A stretch of 64,000 nucleotides of DNA from the NCBI RefSeq assembly GCF_046119375.1, contig NW_027362771.1:5022001-5086000 (forward strand), written 5' to 3'. Below, piece by piece: positions 1 to 12,500 of the stretch (its first letter is position 1; the number at the start of each line of letters is the position of its first letter). Source of the DNA: Phyllobates terribilis. Its lineage: Eukaryota. Made by a program: the position numbers and the translations under genes. The notes below the pieces were generated by a model. It did not search any database and was not told the origin of the DNA. It was given only the letters and a program-made list of their open reading frames with translations.

Positions 1-2088
1 TTGTGTGAGCGATTCAACGGTACCCTAAAACAGATGTTAAAAATGCTGGTTGAGACCCAGGGTCGCGACTGGGAGCGTTACCTCCCACACCTGCTATTTG
101 CTTACAGAGAGGTTCCACAGGCCTCGACGGGGTTCTCCCCCTTTGAGCTCCTGTATGGCAGGCGTGTCCGAGGACCCCTTGGGTTGATAAGGGAATTCTG
201 GGAAGAAGAGCCGAACTCCCCAGGAGTGTCCATCGTGGAGTATGTCATGCGCTTCCGTGACAAGATGCAGACCTTGACGCAGTTGGTGCATGACAACATG
301 GCGCAAGCCCAGGCTGACCAGAAGCATTGGTACGACCAGAACGCCGGAGAACGGACCTACCAGGTGGGTCAGAAGGTGTGGGTGCTGGTCCCCGTACCAA
401 AGGACAAGCTTCAGGCGGCCTGGGAAGGCCCATACGTCATTCACCAACAGCTCAACCCGGTCACCTACGTGATCACACTTGACCACGAGCGGGGTAGGCG
501 GAAGGCGTTTCACGTTAATATGATGAAGGCTCATCAAGAACGTGGAACCTGCGTCCTACCGGTCTGCAACCTGCCTGAGGATGGGGAGGATGACCCCCTC
601 TTGGACATGCTCGCCCAAGCGAAGGCCAGCGGGTCCCTAGAGGATGTAGAGCTAAGCGACTTGCTATCCGCAGACCAGAGGTCTCAGATGCAAGCAGTGC
701 TGAAACCCTTCCAAGCAGTGTTCACCAACCTGCCTGACAGGACTGAAGTGGCGGTCCATGAAGTGGACACCGGGAATCATGCCCCACTCCGGCGGACAGC
801 CTATCGAATCTCCGACGAGGTGCAGCATGTCATGCGCCAGGAGGTCGAGGAGATGCTGCAGTTGGGGGTGATTAAGCAGTCCAAGAGCGCGTGGGCCTCA
901 CCTGTAGTCCTGGTGCCAAAGAAGGACCGGACCACCCGGTTCTGTGTGGACTACAGGGGGCTCAATGCTATCACAGCCTCTGATGCACAACCAATGCCAC
1001 CCATTGAGGAGCTGCTGGAGCGGTTAGCCAGTGCGAGATATCTCTCCATTATGGATTTGAGTCGGGGATATTGGCAGATTCCCTTGAGCCCCGGGGCCCA
1101 GGAGAAGTCCGCCTTTATCACCCCCTTCGGATTGTATGAATCCACGGTCATGCCCTTTGGCATGAAAAATGCCCCTGCCACGTTCCAGCGAATGGTCAAC
1201 CACCTGCTCCAGGGACTGGAGAGGTACGCAGTGGCGTACCTGGATGACATTGCCATCTTCAGTCCCACCTGGGAGGATCACCTCGAGCATCTGCAGCAGG
1301 TGCTCGGGCGCATTCACCAGGCGGGCTTGACCATCAAGCCGGGAAAGTGCCAGATGGGCATGAACGAGGTCCACTACCTGGGGCACCGGGTAGGTGGGGG
1401 TACTCTGAAGCCAGAGCCTGGAAAGGTGGACGCTATCATGTCCTGGCCCACCCCCATGACCAAGAAGCAGGTGCAATCCTTCTTGGGCACCGCAGGGTAC
1501 TATAGACGCTTTGTACAGGACTATAGTAGCCTTGCGAAACCCTTGACAGACCTCACCAGGAAGAGCCTACCCCATTCCGTCAAATGGACAGATGAATGCG
1601 AGGTGGCCTTTAGGGCGTTGAAGACTGCCTTGAGCAGATCCCCTGTGCTAAAGGCGGTCAACGGCACACGGCCACTCTTAGTACAGACCGACGCCAGTGA
1701 GTTTGGCCTCGGTGCTGTACTCAGCCAGGTCGACTCGGGGAACCAAGAACACCCCGTGTTGTACCTAAGCCGGAAACTTCTGCCGAGGGAAGTGGCCTAT
1801 TCCACCATAGAGGAGTGCCTGGCCATTGTATGGGCCCTCAACCGCTTACAGCCTTACTTGTACGGGCGCCCCTTCACTGTCGTGACTGACCACAACCCCC
1901 TGAGTTGGCTGCACACCATGTCAGGTGCCAACGGAGGGTTGTTACGCTGGAGCCTCACCCTCCAGCAGTACGACTTTACCGTTCAACACCGCAAGGGCAG
2001 CGAGCATGGCAATGCCGATGGGTTGTCCCGGCGAGGGGAGCCTCCAGACATATGCTTGGAGGAGTACCAGAAGGTCCTACCTCAATAG
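1..2088 (+). CDS. pol: Gmr1-type Ty3/Gypsy pol, 5'-truncated by window edge: integrase C-terminus, RT, RNase H
   Basis: Open 695-aa frame: ERFNGTLKQML...FAYREVPQASTGFSPFELLYGR (integrase), WASPVVLVPKKD...RFCVDYRGLN, YLDDIAIFS (RT), LVQTDASEFGLGAVLSQ...TDHNPL...NADGLSR (RNase H). Integrase before RT is the Gmr1 order. Confidence 0.93.
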   Translation: MCERFNGTLKQMLKMLVETQGRDWERYLPHLLFAYREVPQASTGFSPFELLYGRRVRGPLGLIREFWEEEPNSPGVSIVEYVMRFRDKMQTLTQLVHDNMAQAQADQKHWYDQNAGERTYQVGQKVWVLVPVPKDKLQAAWEGPYVIHQQLNPVTYVITLDHERGRRKAFHVNMMKAHQERGTCVLPVCNLPEDGEDDPLLDMLAQAKASGSLEDVELSDLLSADQRSQMQAVLKPFQAVFTNLPDRTEVAVHEVDTGNHAPLRRTAYRISDEVQHVMRQEVEEMLQLGVIKQSKSAWASPVVLVPKKDRTTRFCVDYRGLNAITASDAQPMPPIEELLERLASARYLSIMDLSRGYWQIPLSPGAQEKSAFITPFGLYESTVMPFGMKNAPATFQRMVNHLLQGLERYAVAYLDDIAIFSPTWEDHLEHLQQVLGRIHQAGLTIKPGKCQMGMNEVHYLGHRVGGGTLKPEPGKVDAIMSWPTPMTKKQVQSFLGTAGYYRRFVQDYSSLAKPLTDLTRKSLPHSVKWTDECEVAFRALKTALSRSPVLKAVNGTRPLLVQTDASEFGLGAVLSQVDSGNQEHPVLYLSRKLLPREVAYSTIEECLAIVWALNRLQPYLYGRPFTVVTDHNPLSWLHTMSGANGGLLRWSLTLQQYDFTVQHRKGSEHGNADGLSRRGEPPDICLEEYQKVLPQ

Positions 2089-2096
2089 CGCAGTCT

Positions 2097-2108
2097 AAAA
2101 TGGGGAGG
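2097..2108 (+). other. Polypurine tract
   Basis: AAAATGGGGAGG between the pol stop and the TGTCAGG LTR start. Confidence 0.7.
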
Positions 2109-3297
2109 TGTCAGGCAAAAGGTATTTTTTCCCTAATTTTAAAAATGAGAGATGTTTTAAAAAAGAAAACCCCCCCACCCCCTATCCGTTTGTAAGAGAA
2201 GACATAGAACTGCAGTGCTGGCCCCCACCCTAAGAATTTTTATTATCGTCGTAAACCCTCAGTACAGAGCAGCTTCTAGTTCAAAATAGTTATTCCCTCC
2301 AAAATTCTATTGTTTAGCTGGACAAACAGTTAATGTAGAATTTAAAAACGCACATGACGGTCACTAACCCAGGGACCAGAGTTTTGGAATGTTCACATTT
2401 TCCTGGTTACAATGATATATTTTTCATAACTGGGATACCCCCAGAAATCGAGGAATTGGTTTCTTAGCTTCTGAGCATCACAGAGAGGTCCTGTTTAATA
2501 TCCATCTGCATGAAAATTAGTGACGGCCAACATGATGTCTCCATCTTGGATGTGGGACCCCCCCCCACACCAAGATATGAAATCTGAAGGTTTCTATGTT
2601 CTATGCAGCTGGGTGGTTTCACAAAACCGAGCCCCCATGTGAGGTAGACAAAATGGGCGGTTCCTAATAATTTGGCCCTGTTACTAAAAAGCAAATCGGC
2701 CATTTTCAGGTCATTCTTCTCAGGGACGCCAGACGCACGCACATCACGCTGCGCGGAAGAATCAATTTCCGGGGAGCCGTCCCCCCCACAGAATCTGAGA
2801 CCATCACCTTGTGAAGCAGGTTTTGCTATTACTTATCCCTTTTATTTTAATAACTGTTTTATGCATACATGTAAATTGTCCCCTTTATAATATCTTGTAT
2901 ATATTTTGTAAACACTGCCCCCCTTTTGGGAGTAAATCATTAATTATTTACCAGTTTCGTCCTTCTTGTCCTATGTCGAGCAAACACGTTCCTCACCCGC
3001 TAATTCACGTTACCTACCAGGTACCCGATCCACCTGTTAAGCGATCGGTGGTGGCAGTATACCAGTATTTATGTGATATTGTGGTTTGAGGGTGGCTGGT
3101 CGGAGGTATATATACGTTCCTGGAAGGAACTGGTGGTATATATACGTCCTGTCACATCACGTGCCGCAATAGTCGACATAAACTAGAGCAGCTGCACCCG
3201 TGCTTATCCTCGGTCAATACCATGTTTGACCAGCAGGATAAGGGGGCACCAGAGAGCTGCAAGGTCTGACCCAAAAGTGGGTGTCGTTTTCCTGACA
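2109..3297 (+). mobile_element. 3' LTR of the Gmr1-type element
   Basis: Starts TGTCAGG directly after the PPT and ends CCTGACA (7-bp terminal inverted repeat). Tc1 sequence begins immediately afterwards. Confidence 0.8.
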
Positions 3298-4008
3298 ACT
3301 TCCTTCCATGGTTCAAGAAGAAGAACAGTGCATTTCGCAGCAAGATCATTTTCATGCATGATAATGCCCCGACTCATGCTGTACATAACACATCTGCATC
3401 TCTGGCTGCTATGGGCATAAAAGGGAACAAACTTATGGTGTGGCACCCATGCTCCCCTGACCTCAACCCCATTCAGAACCTCTGAAGCATCATCAAAAGG
3501 AGTGTCTATGATGGCGGGAGGCAGTTCACATCTAAGCAACAGCTCTGGGAGGGTATTCTGTCCTCATACAAAACAATTGAAGCAGAAACCATCCAAAACC
3601 TGACAAATTTAATGGATGAGAGAGTTCAGAAGCTCCTTTCGAACAAGCGGTCCTATGTGCAAATTTAACATCACCTAGAATAAAGTTTTGAGTTGAAAAC
3701 TGTTTGATTTCGGTTTGTAATAACCTGCTAATGCTTATAATTGCAAAAAATACCATTTTTTTGTTCTTTATTAAAATGAAAAAGTTGAAAACTCTGCGGT
3801 GCATAATAATTTGGAAGATGCATTTTGAGTGCAGTTTGAGTTTTTTAATTTTTTAAAAATATAACGTTATCATAGGCAGTTTGAACAAAAACCTTTCAGT
3901 TGTACTCTAATAGTTATTTGACTGGAAAATTACAATGAATGCAATTCATAAAGGCAATTTGGGAAAATCTGAGAAAATATTATTTGCATAATAATTTGGA
4001 ACACAGTG
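3298..4008 (+). mobile_element. Tc1/mariner 3' half (transposase C-terminus and right TIR)
   Basis: Translates FLPWFKKK...IIFMHDNAPTH...WHPCSPDLNPIQNL*SIIKR. Ends ...AATTTGGAACACAGTG followed by TA. Confidence 0.85.
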
Positions 4009-4196
4009 TATATAAGTTCCTGGAAGGAACTGGTGGTATATATACGTCCTGTCACATCACGTGCCGCAATATTCGACATAAATTAGAGCAGCTGCACCCG
4101 TGCTTATCCTCAGTCAATACCGTGTGTGACCAGCAGGATAAGGAGGCGCCAAAGAGCTGCAAGGTCTGACCCAAAAGTGTGTACGGTTTCATGACA
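4009..4196 (+). mobile_element. 3' end of an older LTR of the same family as 2109-3297
   Basis: Diverged copy of about 3107-3297, ending TTTCATGACA. Confidence 0.75.
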
Positions 4197-4198
4197 GG

Positions 4199-5345
4199 GA
4201 ATTCTGAATTTTTTTGCTTTTTCCTCCTCCTTTTAGCATGCTAAAGAAGATTTAAAGAGGGTGAGCTGCTATCTGTTTGCGTTCAGCCAATACCTTCAAC
4301 CATTTCTGATATATGAGTAACAGGACGGTTTTCAATGGCTAAAATCAATGAATAATGTCATTGCACAAACAGTCATTTCTCTGCTTGGAAAGGTGGAATT
4401 CTGAAATTTTTTGCTTTTTCCTGCTCCTTTTAGCATGCTAAAGAAGATTCAAAGAGGGTGAGCTGCTATTTGTTTGTGTTCAGCCAATACCTTCAACCAT
4501 TTCTGGCATATGAGTAACAGGACGGTTTTCAATGGCTAAAATCAATGAATAATGTCATTGCACAAACAGTCATTTCTCTGCTTGGAAAGGTGGAATTCTG
4601 AAATGTTTTGCTTTTTCCTGCTCCTTTTAGCCTGCTAAAGAAGATTCAAAGAGGGTGAGCTGGTATTTCTTTGCGTTCAGCCAATACCTTCAACCATTTC
4701 TGATATATGAGTAACAGGACGGATTTCAATGGCTAAAATCAATGAATAATGTCATTGCACAAACAGTCATTTCTCTGCTTGGAAAAGTGGAATTCTGAAA
4801 TTCTTTGCTTTCTCCTGCTGCTTTTAGCATGCTAAAGAAGATTCAAAGAGGGTGAGCTGCTATCTGTTTGTGTTCAGCCAATACCTTCAACCATTTCTGG
4901 TATATGAGTAACAGGACGTTTTTCAATGGCTAAAATCAATGAATAATGTCATTGCACAAACAGTCATTTCTCTGCTTTGAAAGATGGAATTCTGAAATTG
5001 TTTGATTTTTCCTGCTCCTTTTAGCATGCTAAAGAAGATTCAAAGAGGGTGAGCTGCTATCTGTTTGCACTCAGCCAATGCCTTCAACAATTTCTTGTAC
5101 ATGACTAACAGGACGTTTTTCAATGGCTAAAATCTATGAATAATGTCATTGCTCAGTCATTTTTCTGCTTTGAAAGGTGAAATTATGATTTTTTTTGCTT
5201 TTTCCTGCTCCTTCTAGCATTCTAAAGAAGATTCAAAGAGGGTGAGCCGGTATCTGTTTGCGGTCAGCCAATACCTTCTACCATTTCTGCTATATGATTA
5301 ACAGGACGGATTTCAATGGCTAAAATCAATGAATAATGTCATTGC
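4199..5345. repeat. 197-bp tandem repeat, about 5.8 copies
   Basis: GAATTC-started units at 4199, 4396, 4593, 4790, 4987 and about 5179. The last copy is cut by a hAT TIR at 5346. Confidence 0.95.
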
Positions 5346-5699
5346 TAGTGTTGAGCGATACCTTCCGATATCGGGAAATATCGGATCGGATTGGATCGGA
5401 CCGATACCGAAAAAGTATCGGATATCGCCAATTCCGATACCGGAAACCAATGCAAGTCAATGGGACAGAAATATCGGAATGAAAATAAACCCTTTCTTTC
5501 CTTGTAGGTTAATTCTACATGAAGGAAAACAACTAAGAATAATGTAGAATGTATTGGGGGAGGTGGGGGAGACAAAAAAGGCATAGAGGTTTAGCCCAAT
5601 CAAATGGAATAGCAGGAATTAATATTTTTTTTAAGAAGTTCTGAGTTACGGAAATATTGACTATGTTAAGTATTTTTATATTTTGTCAGATATTTATGT

Positions 5700-5900
5700 T
5701 TCACTACTTCCATGCTCTTCACCTTCTTTTTTACTTCTCCCACACTTTCTCCTTCATCATCCTCAGCATCTTTTTCATCCTCTTCTTCTTCACCTTCTTC
5801 ATCTTCTTCTTCTTCACCTTCTTCGTATTATTCTTTTTTTTTACATTCTTCATATTCTACTTCTTCATCTTCTTCATATTCTTCTTCTTCATCATATTCT
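5700..5900. repeat. (CTT/CAT)n low-complexity tract; Glu/Asp-rich on the minus strand
   Basis: Runs of CTTCTTCATC; minus strand reads EEGEEEEDEEGEEEEDEK. Confidence 0.8.
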
Positions 5901-6239
5901 TATTTGTGACAGGCATTCCTGTAGTTGTTATCTATAAAAGGTTGGACATTACACCTTTCGTTCTGCCCGTCACAAAAGATTTACAACAGGATTTGTCCGC
6001 GTTCAGTTTGGCCTGCAGCAGCAGGTCTTTTCCAGGGGCACCACGAGGAGGAACGGACTCACCCCCATACACTGCTTAGTCATCTTCTGCTTATAATTTA
6101 GATATTATCTTTTGCTCTGATTTTTAGTCTTATGCTTAATGTTCTTCCGCTTTTTGTTCTGCAGCTTCTTGTATTTCTGCTTCTTGGTTTTATGTCTCTT
6201 GTTTTTCTGTATCTTGGTGCTTGTCTTCTCTTCTTTGTC

Positions 6240-6560
6240 CTCTTGGTCAACTTCTTCAGGGTCATCTTCTTGGTCTTCTTCTGGGTGGTCTTCAGGGTCG
6301 TCGTCTTCGGGGGTCCTCATCTTCGGGGTCCTCGTCTTCTTCGGGTTGGTCTTCTGGGTCCTCGTCTTCGGGGTCCTCGTCTTCTTCGGGGTGGTCTTCA
6401 GGGTCCTCGTCTTCTTCGGGGTGGTCTTCAGGGTCCTCGTCTTCTTCAGGGTGGTCTTCAGGGTCCTCGTCTTCTTCGGGGTGGTCTTCAGTGTCCTCGT
6501 CTTCAGGATCGTTGTCTTCGGGGTCCTCGTCTTCTTAGGGTTGGTCTTCAGGGTCCTCGT
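6240..6560. repeat. 30-bp minisatellite (minus-strand frame EEDEDPEDHP)
   Basis: Unit GGTCTTCAGGGTCCTCGTCTTCTTCGGGGT repeated with truncated variants. Confidence 0.9.
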
Positions 6561-6599
6561 CAGGGAGATCCAGAGTGATTACCAAGAACCATTTCAAAA

Positions 6600-9500
6600 A
6601 GCTTGAACTTGGAAATGTAGCAGAAGGTACAAGAAAGCTGAGGAACTACCGAGAACCAGCTGACGGTACTGGAACCTGGATGGGTAGCAGAAGGTACAAG
6701 AGCCAATGGAACTGCCGAAGACCAGCTGACGGTACTGGAACTCGGTTACTAAGCAGGAGGTACCTGTGCCAGAAAGCACTACCAAGGACCAGCAGACGTT
6801 GGTGGAACTTGGATACCGAGAAGGAGACACCTAATCCAAAGGCACTGCCGAGAACCAGCTGACGGTACTGGAACCCGGATGGGTAGCAGAAGGTAAACAT
6901 GTAAAAAAAAGTTCAAGGCCGCGAGCCGGCCGCAGTTACCAAAACCCACAGTCCTACAGGGGGTGCTTGTCCTATTGGCACTATGGAACCAGCCTTCATT
7001 GCCTGATCCCGCAGCCCACATAGGAGTCACCTAAACTGCAGGCAACATAGAGTCGGCTAACCCGACCGCAACATGACAGGACAACGCATTGGAGGCAAAG
7101 TGACATTGACACTACCCGGAAACAGCTGGCGTGCTGGAACCAGGTTGGGCAGGAGGGAGTACCCGTGCCAAAGTCACTGCCGAGAACCAGCTGACGGTAC
7201 TAGAACCCGGATGGGTAGTAGAAGGTACAAGAGCAAATGGAACTACCGAGGACCAGCTGACGGTACTGGAACCTGGAGGGGTAGCAGAAGGTACAAGAGC
7301 CAATGGAACTGCCGAAGACCAGCTGACGGTACTGGAACTCGGTTACTAAGCAGGAGGTACCTGTGCCAGAAAGCACTACCAAGGACCAGCAGACGTTGGT
7401 GGAACTTGGATACCGAGAAGGAGGCACCTAATCCAAAGGCACTGCCGAGAACCAGCTAACGGTACTGGAACCCGGATGGGTAGCAGAAGGTACCCATGTA
7501 AAAAAAAGTTCAAGGCCGCGAGCCGGCCGCAGTTACCAAAACCCACAGTCCTACAGGGGGTGCTTGTCCTATAGGCACTATGGAACCAGCCTTCATTGCC
7601 AGATCCCGCAGCCCACATAGGAGTCACCTAAACTGCAGGCACCATAGAGTCGGCTAACCTGACCGCAACACGACAGGACAACGCATTGGAAGCAAAGTGA
7701 CGTTGACACTACCCGGAAACAGCTGGCGTGCTGGAACCAGGCTGGGCAGGAGGGAGTACCTGTGCCAAAGTCACTGCCGAGAACCAGCTGACGGTATTGG
7801 AACCCGGATGGGTAGTAGAAGGTACAAGAGCCAATGGAACTGCCGAAGACCAGCTGACGGTACTGGAACTCGGTTACTAAGCAGGAGGTACCTGTGCCAG
7901 AAAGCACTACCAAGGACCAGCAGACGTTGGTGGAACTTGGATACCGAGAAGGAGGCACCTAATCTAAAGGCACTGCCGAGAACCAGCTGACGGTACTGGA
8001 ACCCGGATGGGTAGTAGAAGGTACAAGAGCAAATGGAACTACCGAGGACCAGCTGACGGTACTGGAACCTGGATGGGTAGCAGAAGGTACAAGAGCCAAT
8101 GGAACTGCCGAAGACCAGCTGACGGTACTGGAACTCGGTTACTAAGCAGGAGGTACCTGTGCCAGAAAGCACTACCAAGGAACAGCAGACGTTGGTGGAA
8201 CTTGGATACCGAGAATGAGGCACCTGATCCAAAGGCACTGCCAAGAACCAGCTGACGGTACTGGAACCCGGATGGGTAGCAGAAGGTACCCATGTAAAAA
8301 AAAGTTCAAGGCCGCGAGCCGGCCGCAGTTACCAAAACCCACAGTCCTACAGGGGGTGCTTGTCCTATTGGCACTATGGAACCAGCCTTCATTGCCTGAT
8401 CCCGCAGCCCACATAGGAGTCACCTAAACTGCAGGCAACATAGAGTCGGCTAACCCGACCGCAACATGACAGGACAACGCATTGGAGGCAAAGTGACATT
8501 GACACTACCCGGAAACAGCTGGCGTGCTGGAACCAGGTTGGGCAGGAGGGAGTACCCGTGCCAAAGTCACTGCCGAGAACCAGCTGACAGTACTAGAACC
8601 CGGATGGGTAGTAGAAGGTACAAGAGCAAATGGAACTACCGAGGACCAGCTGACGGTACTGGAACCTGGAGGGGTAGCAGAAGGTACAAGAGCCAATGGA
8701 ACTGCCGAAGACCAGCTGACGGTACTGGAACTCGGTTACTAAGCAGGAGGTACCTGTGCCAGAAAGCACTACCAAGGACCAGCAGACATTGGTGGAACTT
8801 AGATACCGAGAAGGAGGCACCTAATCAAAAGGCACTGCCGAGAACCAGCTAACGGTACTGGAACCCGGATGGGTAGCAGAAGGTACCCATGTAAAAAAAA
8901 GTTCAAGGCCGCGAGCCGGCCGCAGTTACCAAAACCCACAGTCCTACAGGGGGTGCTTGTCCTATAGGCACTATGGAACCAGCCTTCATTGCCAGATCCC
9001 GCAGCCCACATAGAAGTCACCTAAACTGCAGGCACCATAGAGTCGGCTAACCTGACCGCAACACGACAGGACAACGCATTGGAAGCAAAGTGACGTTGAC
9101 ACTACCCGGAAACAGCTGGCGTGCTGGAACCAGGCTGGGCAGGAGGGAGTACCTGTGCCAAAGTCACTGCCGAGAACCAGCTGACGGTATTGGAACCCGG
9201 ATGGGTAGTAGAAGGTACAAGAGCCAATGGAACTGCCGAAGACCAGCTGACGGTACTGGAACTCGGTTACTAAGCAGGAGGTACCTGTGCCAGAAAGCAC
9301 TACCAAGGACCAGCAGACGTTGGTGGAACTTGGATACCGAGAAGGAGGCACCTAATCTAAAGGCACTGCCGAGAACCAGCTGACGGTACTGGAACCCGGA
9401 TGGGTAGTAGAAGGTACAAGAGCAAATGGAACTACCGAGGACCAGCTGACGGTACTGGAACCTGGATGGGTAGCAGAAGGTACAAGAGCCAATGGAACTG

Positions 9501-12500
9501 CCGAAGACCAGCTGACGGTACTGGAACTCGGTTACTAAGCAGGAGGTACCTGTGCCAGAAAGCACTACCAAGGAACAGCAAACGTTGGTGGAACTTGGAT
9601 ACCGAGAAGGAGGCAACTAATCCAAAGGCACTGCCGAGAACCAGCTGACGGTACTGGAACCCGGATGGGTAGCAGAAGGTACCCATGTAAAAAAAAGTTC
9701 AAGGCCGCGAGCCGGCCGCAGTTACCAAAACCCACAGTCCTACAGGGGGTGCTTGTCCTATTGGCACTATGGAACCAGCCTTCATTGCCTGATCCCGCAG
9801 CCCACATAGGAGTCACCTAAACTGCAGGCACCATAGAGTCGGCTAACCCGACCGCAACACGACAGGACAACGCATTGGAGGCAAAGTGACGTTGACACTA
9901 CCCGGAAACAGCTGGCGTGCTGGAACCAGGATGGGCAGGAGGGAGTACCCGTGCCAAAGTCACTGCCGAGAACCAGCTGACGGTACTAGAACCCGGATGG
10001 GTAGTAGAAGGTACAAGAGCAAATGGAACTACCGAGGACCAGCTGACGGTACTGGAACCTGGATGGGTAGCAGAAGGTACAAGAGCCAATGGAACTGCCG
10101 AAGACCAGCTGACGGTACTGGAACTCGGTTACTAAGCAGGAGGTACCTGTGCCAGAAAGCACTACCAAGGAACAGCAGACGTTGGTGGAACTTGGATACC
10201 GAGAATGAGGCACCTGATCCAAAGGCACTGCCAAGAACCAGCTGACGGTACTGGAACCCGGATGGGTAGCAGAAGGTACCCATGTAAAAAAAAGTTCAAG
10301 GCCGCGAGCCGGCCGCAGTTACCAAAACCCACAGTCCTACAGGGGGTGCTTGTCCTATAGGCACTATGGAACCAGCCTTCATTGCCAGATCCCGCAGCCC
10401 ACATAGGAGTCACCTAAACTGCAGGCACCATAGAGTCGGCTAACCCGACCGCAACACGACAGGACAACGCATTGGAGGCAAAGTGACGTTGACACTACCC
10501 GGAAACAGCTGGCATGCTGGAACCAGGCTGGGCAGGAGGGAGTACCCGTGCCAAAGACACTGCCGAGAACCAGCTGACGGTACTGGAACCCGGATGGGTA
10601 GTAGAAGGTACAAGAGCCAATGGAACTGCCGAAGACCAGCTGACGGTACTGGAACTCGGTTACTAAGCAGGAGGTACCTGTGCCAGAAAGCACTACCAAG
10701 GACCAGCAAACGTTGGTGGAACTTGGATACCGAGAAGGAGGCAACTAATCCAAAGGCACTGCCGAGAACCAGCTGACGGTACTGGAACCCGGATGGGTAG
10801 CAGAAGGTACCCATGTAAAAAAAAGTTCAAGGCCGCGAGCCGGCCGCAGTTACCAAAACCCACAGTCCTACAGGGGGTGCTTGTCCTATTGGCACTATGG
10901 AACCAGCCTTCATTGCCTGATCCCGCAGCCCACATAGGAGTCACCTAAACTGCAGGCACCATAGAGTCGGCTAACCCGACCGCAACACGACAGGACAACG
11001 CATTGGAGGCAAAGTGACATTGACACTACCCGGAAACAGCTGGCGTGCTGGAACCAGGCTGGGCAGGAGGGAGTACCCGTGCCAAAGTCACTGCCGAGAA
11101 CCAGCTGACGGTATTGGAACCTGGATGGGTAGTAGAAGGTACAAGAGCAAATGGAACTACCGAGGACCAGCTGACGGTACTGGAACCCGGATGGGTAGTA
11201 GAAGGTACAAGAGCCAATGGAACTGCCGAAGACCAGCTGACGGTACTGGAACTCGGTTACTAAGCAGGAGGTACCTGTGCCAGAAAGCACTACCAAGGAC
11301 CAGCAGACGTTGGTGGAACTTGGATACCGAGAAGGAGGCACCTAATCTAAAGGCACTGCCGAGAACCAGCTGACGGTACTGGAACCCGGATGGGAAGTAG
11401 AAGGTACAAGAGCAAATGGAACTACCGAGGACCAGCTGACGGTACTGGAACCTGGATGGGTAGCAGAAGGTACAAGAGCCAATGGAACTGCCGAAGACCA
11501 GCTGACGGTACTGGAACTCGGTTACTAAGCAGGAGGTACCTGTGCCAGAAAGCACTACCAAGGAACAGCAGACGTTGGTGGAACTTGGATACCGAGAAGG
11601 AGGCAACTAATCCAAAGGCACTGCCGAGAACCAGCTGACGGTACTGGAACCCGGATGGGTAGCAGAAGGTACCCATGTAAAAAAAAAGTTCAAGGCCGCG
11701 AGCCGGCCGCAGTTACCAAAACCCACAGTCCTACAGGGGGTGCTTGTCCTATTGGCACTATGGAACCAGCCTTCATTGCCTGATCCCGCAGCCCACATAG
11801 GAGTCACCTAAACTGCAGGCACCATAGAGTCGGCTAACCCGACCGCAACACGACAGCACAACGCATTGGAGGCAAAGTGACGTTGACACTACCCGGAAAC
11901 AGCTGGCGTGCTGGAACCAGGCTGGGCAGGAGGGAGAACCCGTGCCAAAGACACTGCCGAGAACCAGCTGACGGTACTGGAACCCGGATGGGTAGTAGAA
12001 GGTACAAGAGCCAATGGAACTGCCGAAGACCAGCTGACGGTACTGGAACTCGGTTACTAAGCAGGAGGTACCTGTGCCAGAAAGCACTACCAAGGACCAG
12101 CAGACGTTGGTGGAACTTGGATACCGAGAAGGAGGCACCTAATCCAAAGGCACTGCCGAGAACCAGCTGATGGTACTGTAACCCGGATGGGTAGTAGAAG
12201 GTACAAGAGCCAATGGAACTGCCGAAGACCAGCTGACGGTACTGGAACTCGGTTACTAAGCAGGAGGTACCTGTGCCAGAAAGCACTACCAAGGACCAGC
12301 AGACGTTGGTGGAACTTGGATACCGAGAAGGAGGCACCTAATCCAAAGGCACTGCTGAGAACTAGCTGACGGTACTGGAACCCGGATAGGTAGCAGAAGG
12401 TACAAGAGCAAATGGAACTACCGAGGACCAGCTGACGGTACTGGAACCCGGATGGGTAGCAGAAGGTACAAGAGCCAATGGAACTGCCGAAGACCAGCTG

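Noticed and set aside
3107-4196. 190-bp direct repeat as a giant TSD of the Tc1
   Set aside because: The copies are diverged, and both end in TGACA. They are better explained as two LTR 3' ends; Tc1 duplicates only TA.
5657-6606. Plus-strand Phe/Ser/Val-rich ORFs as membrane proteins
   Set aside because: They are products of (CTT)n and 30-bp repeats, open in several frames at once.
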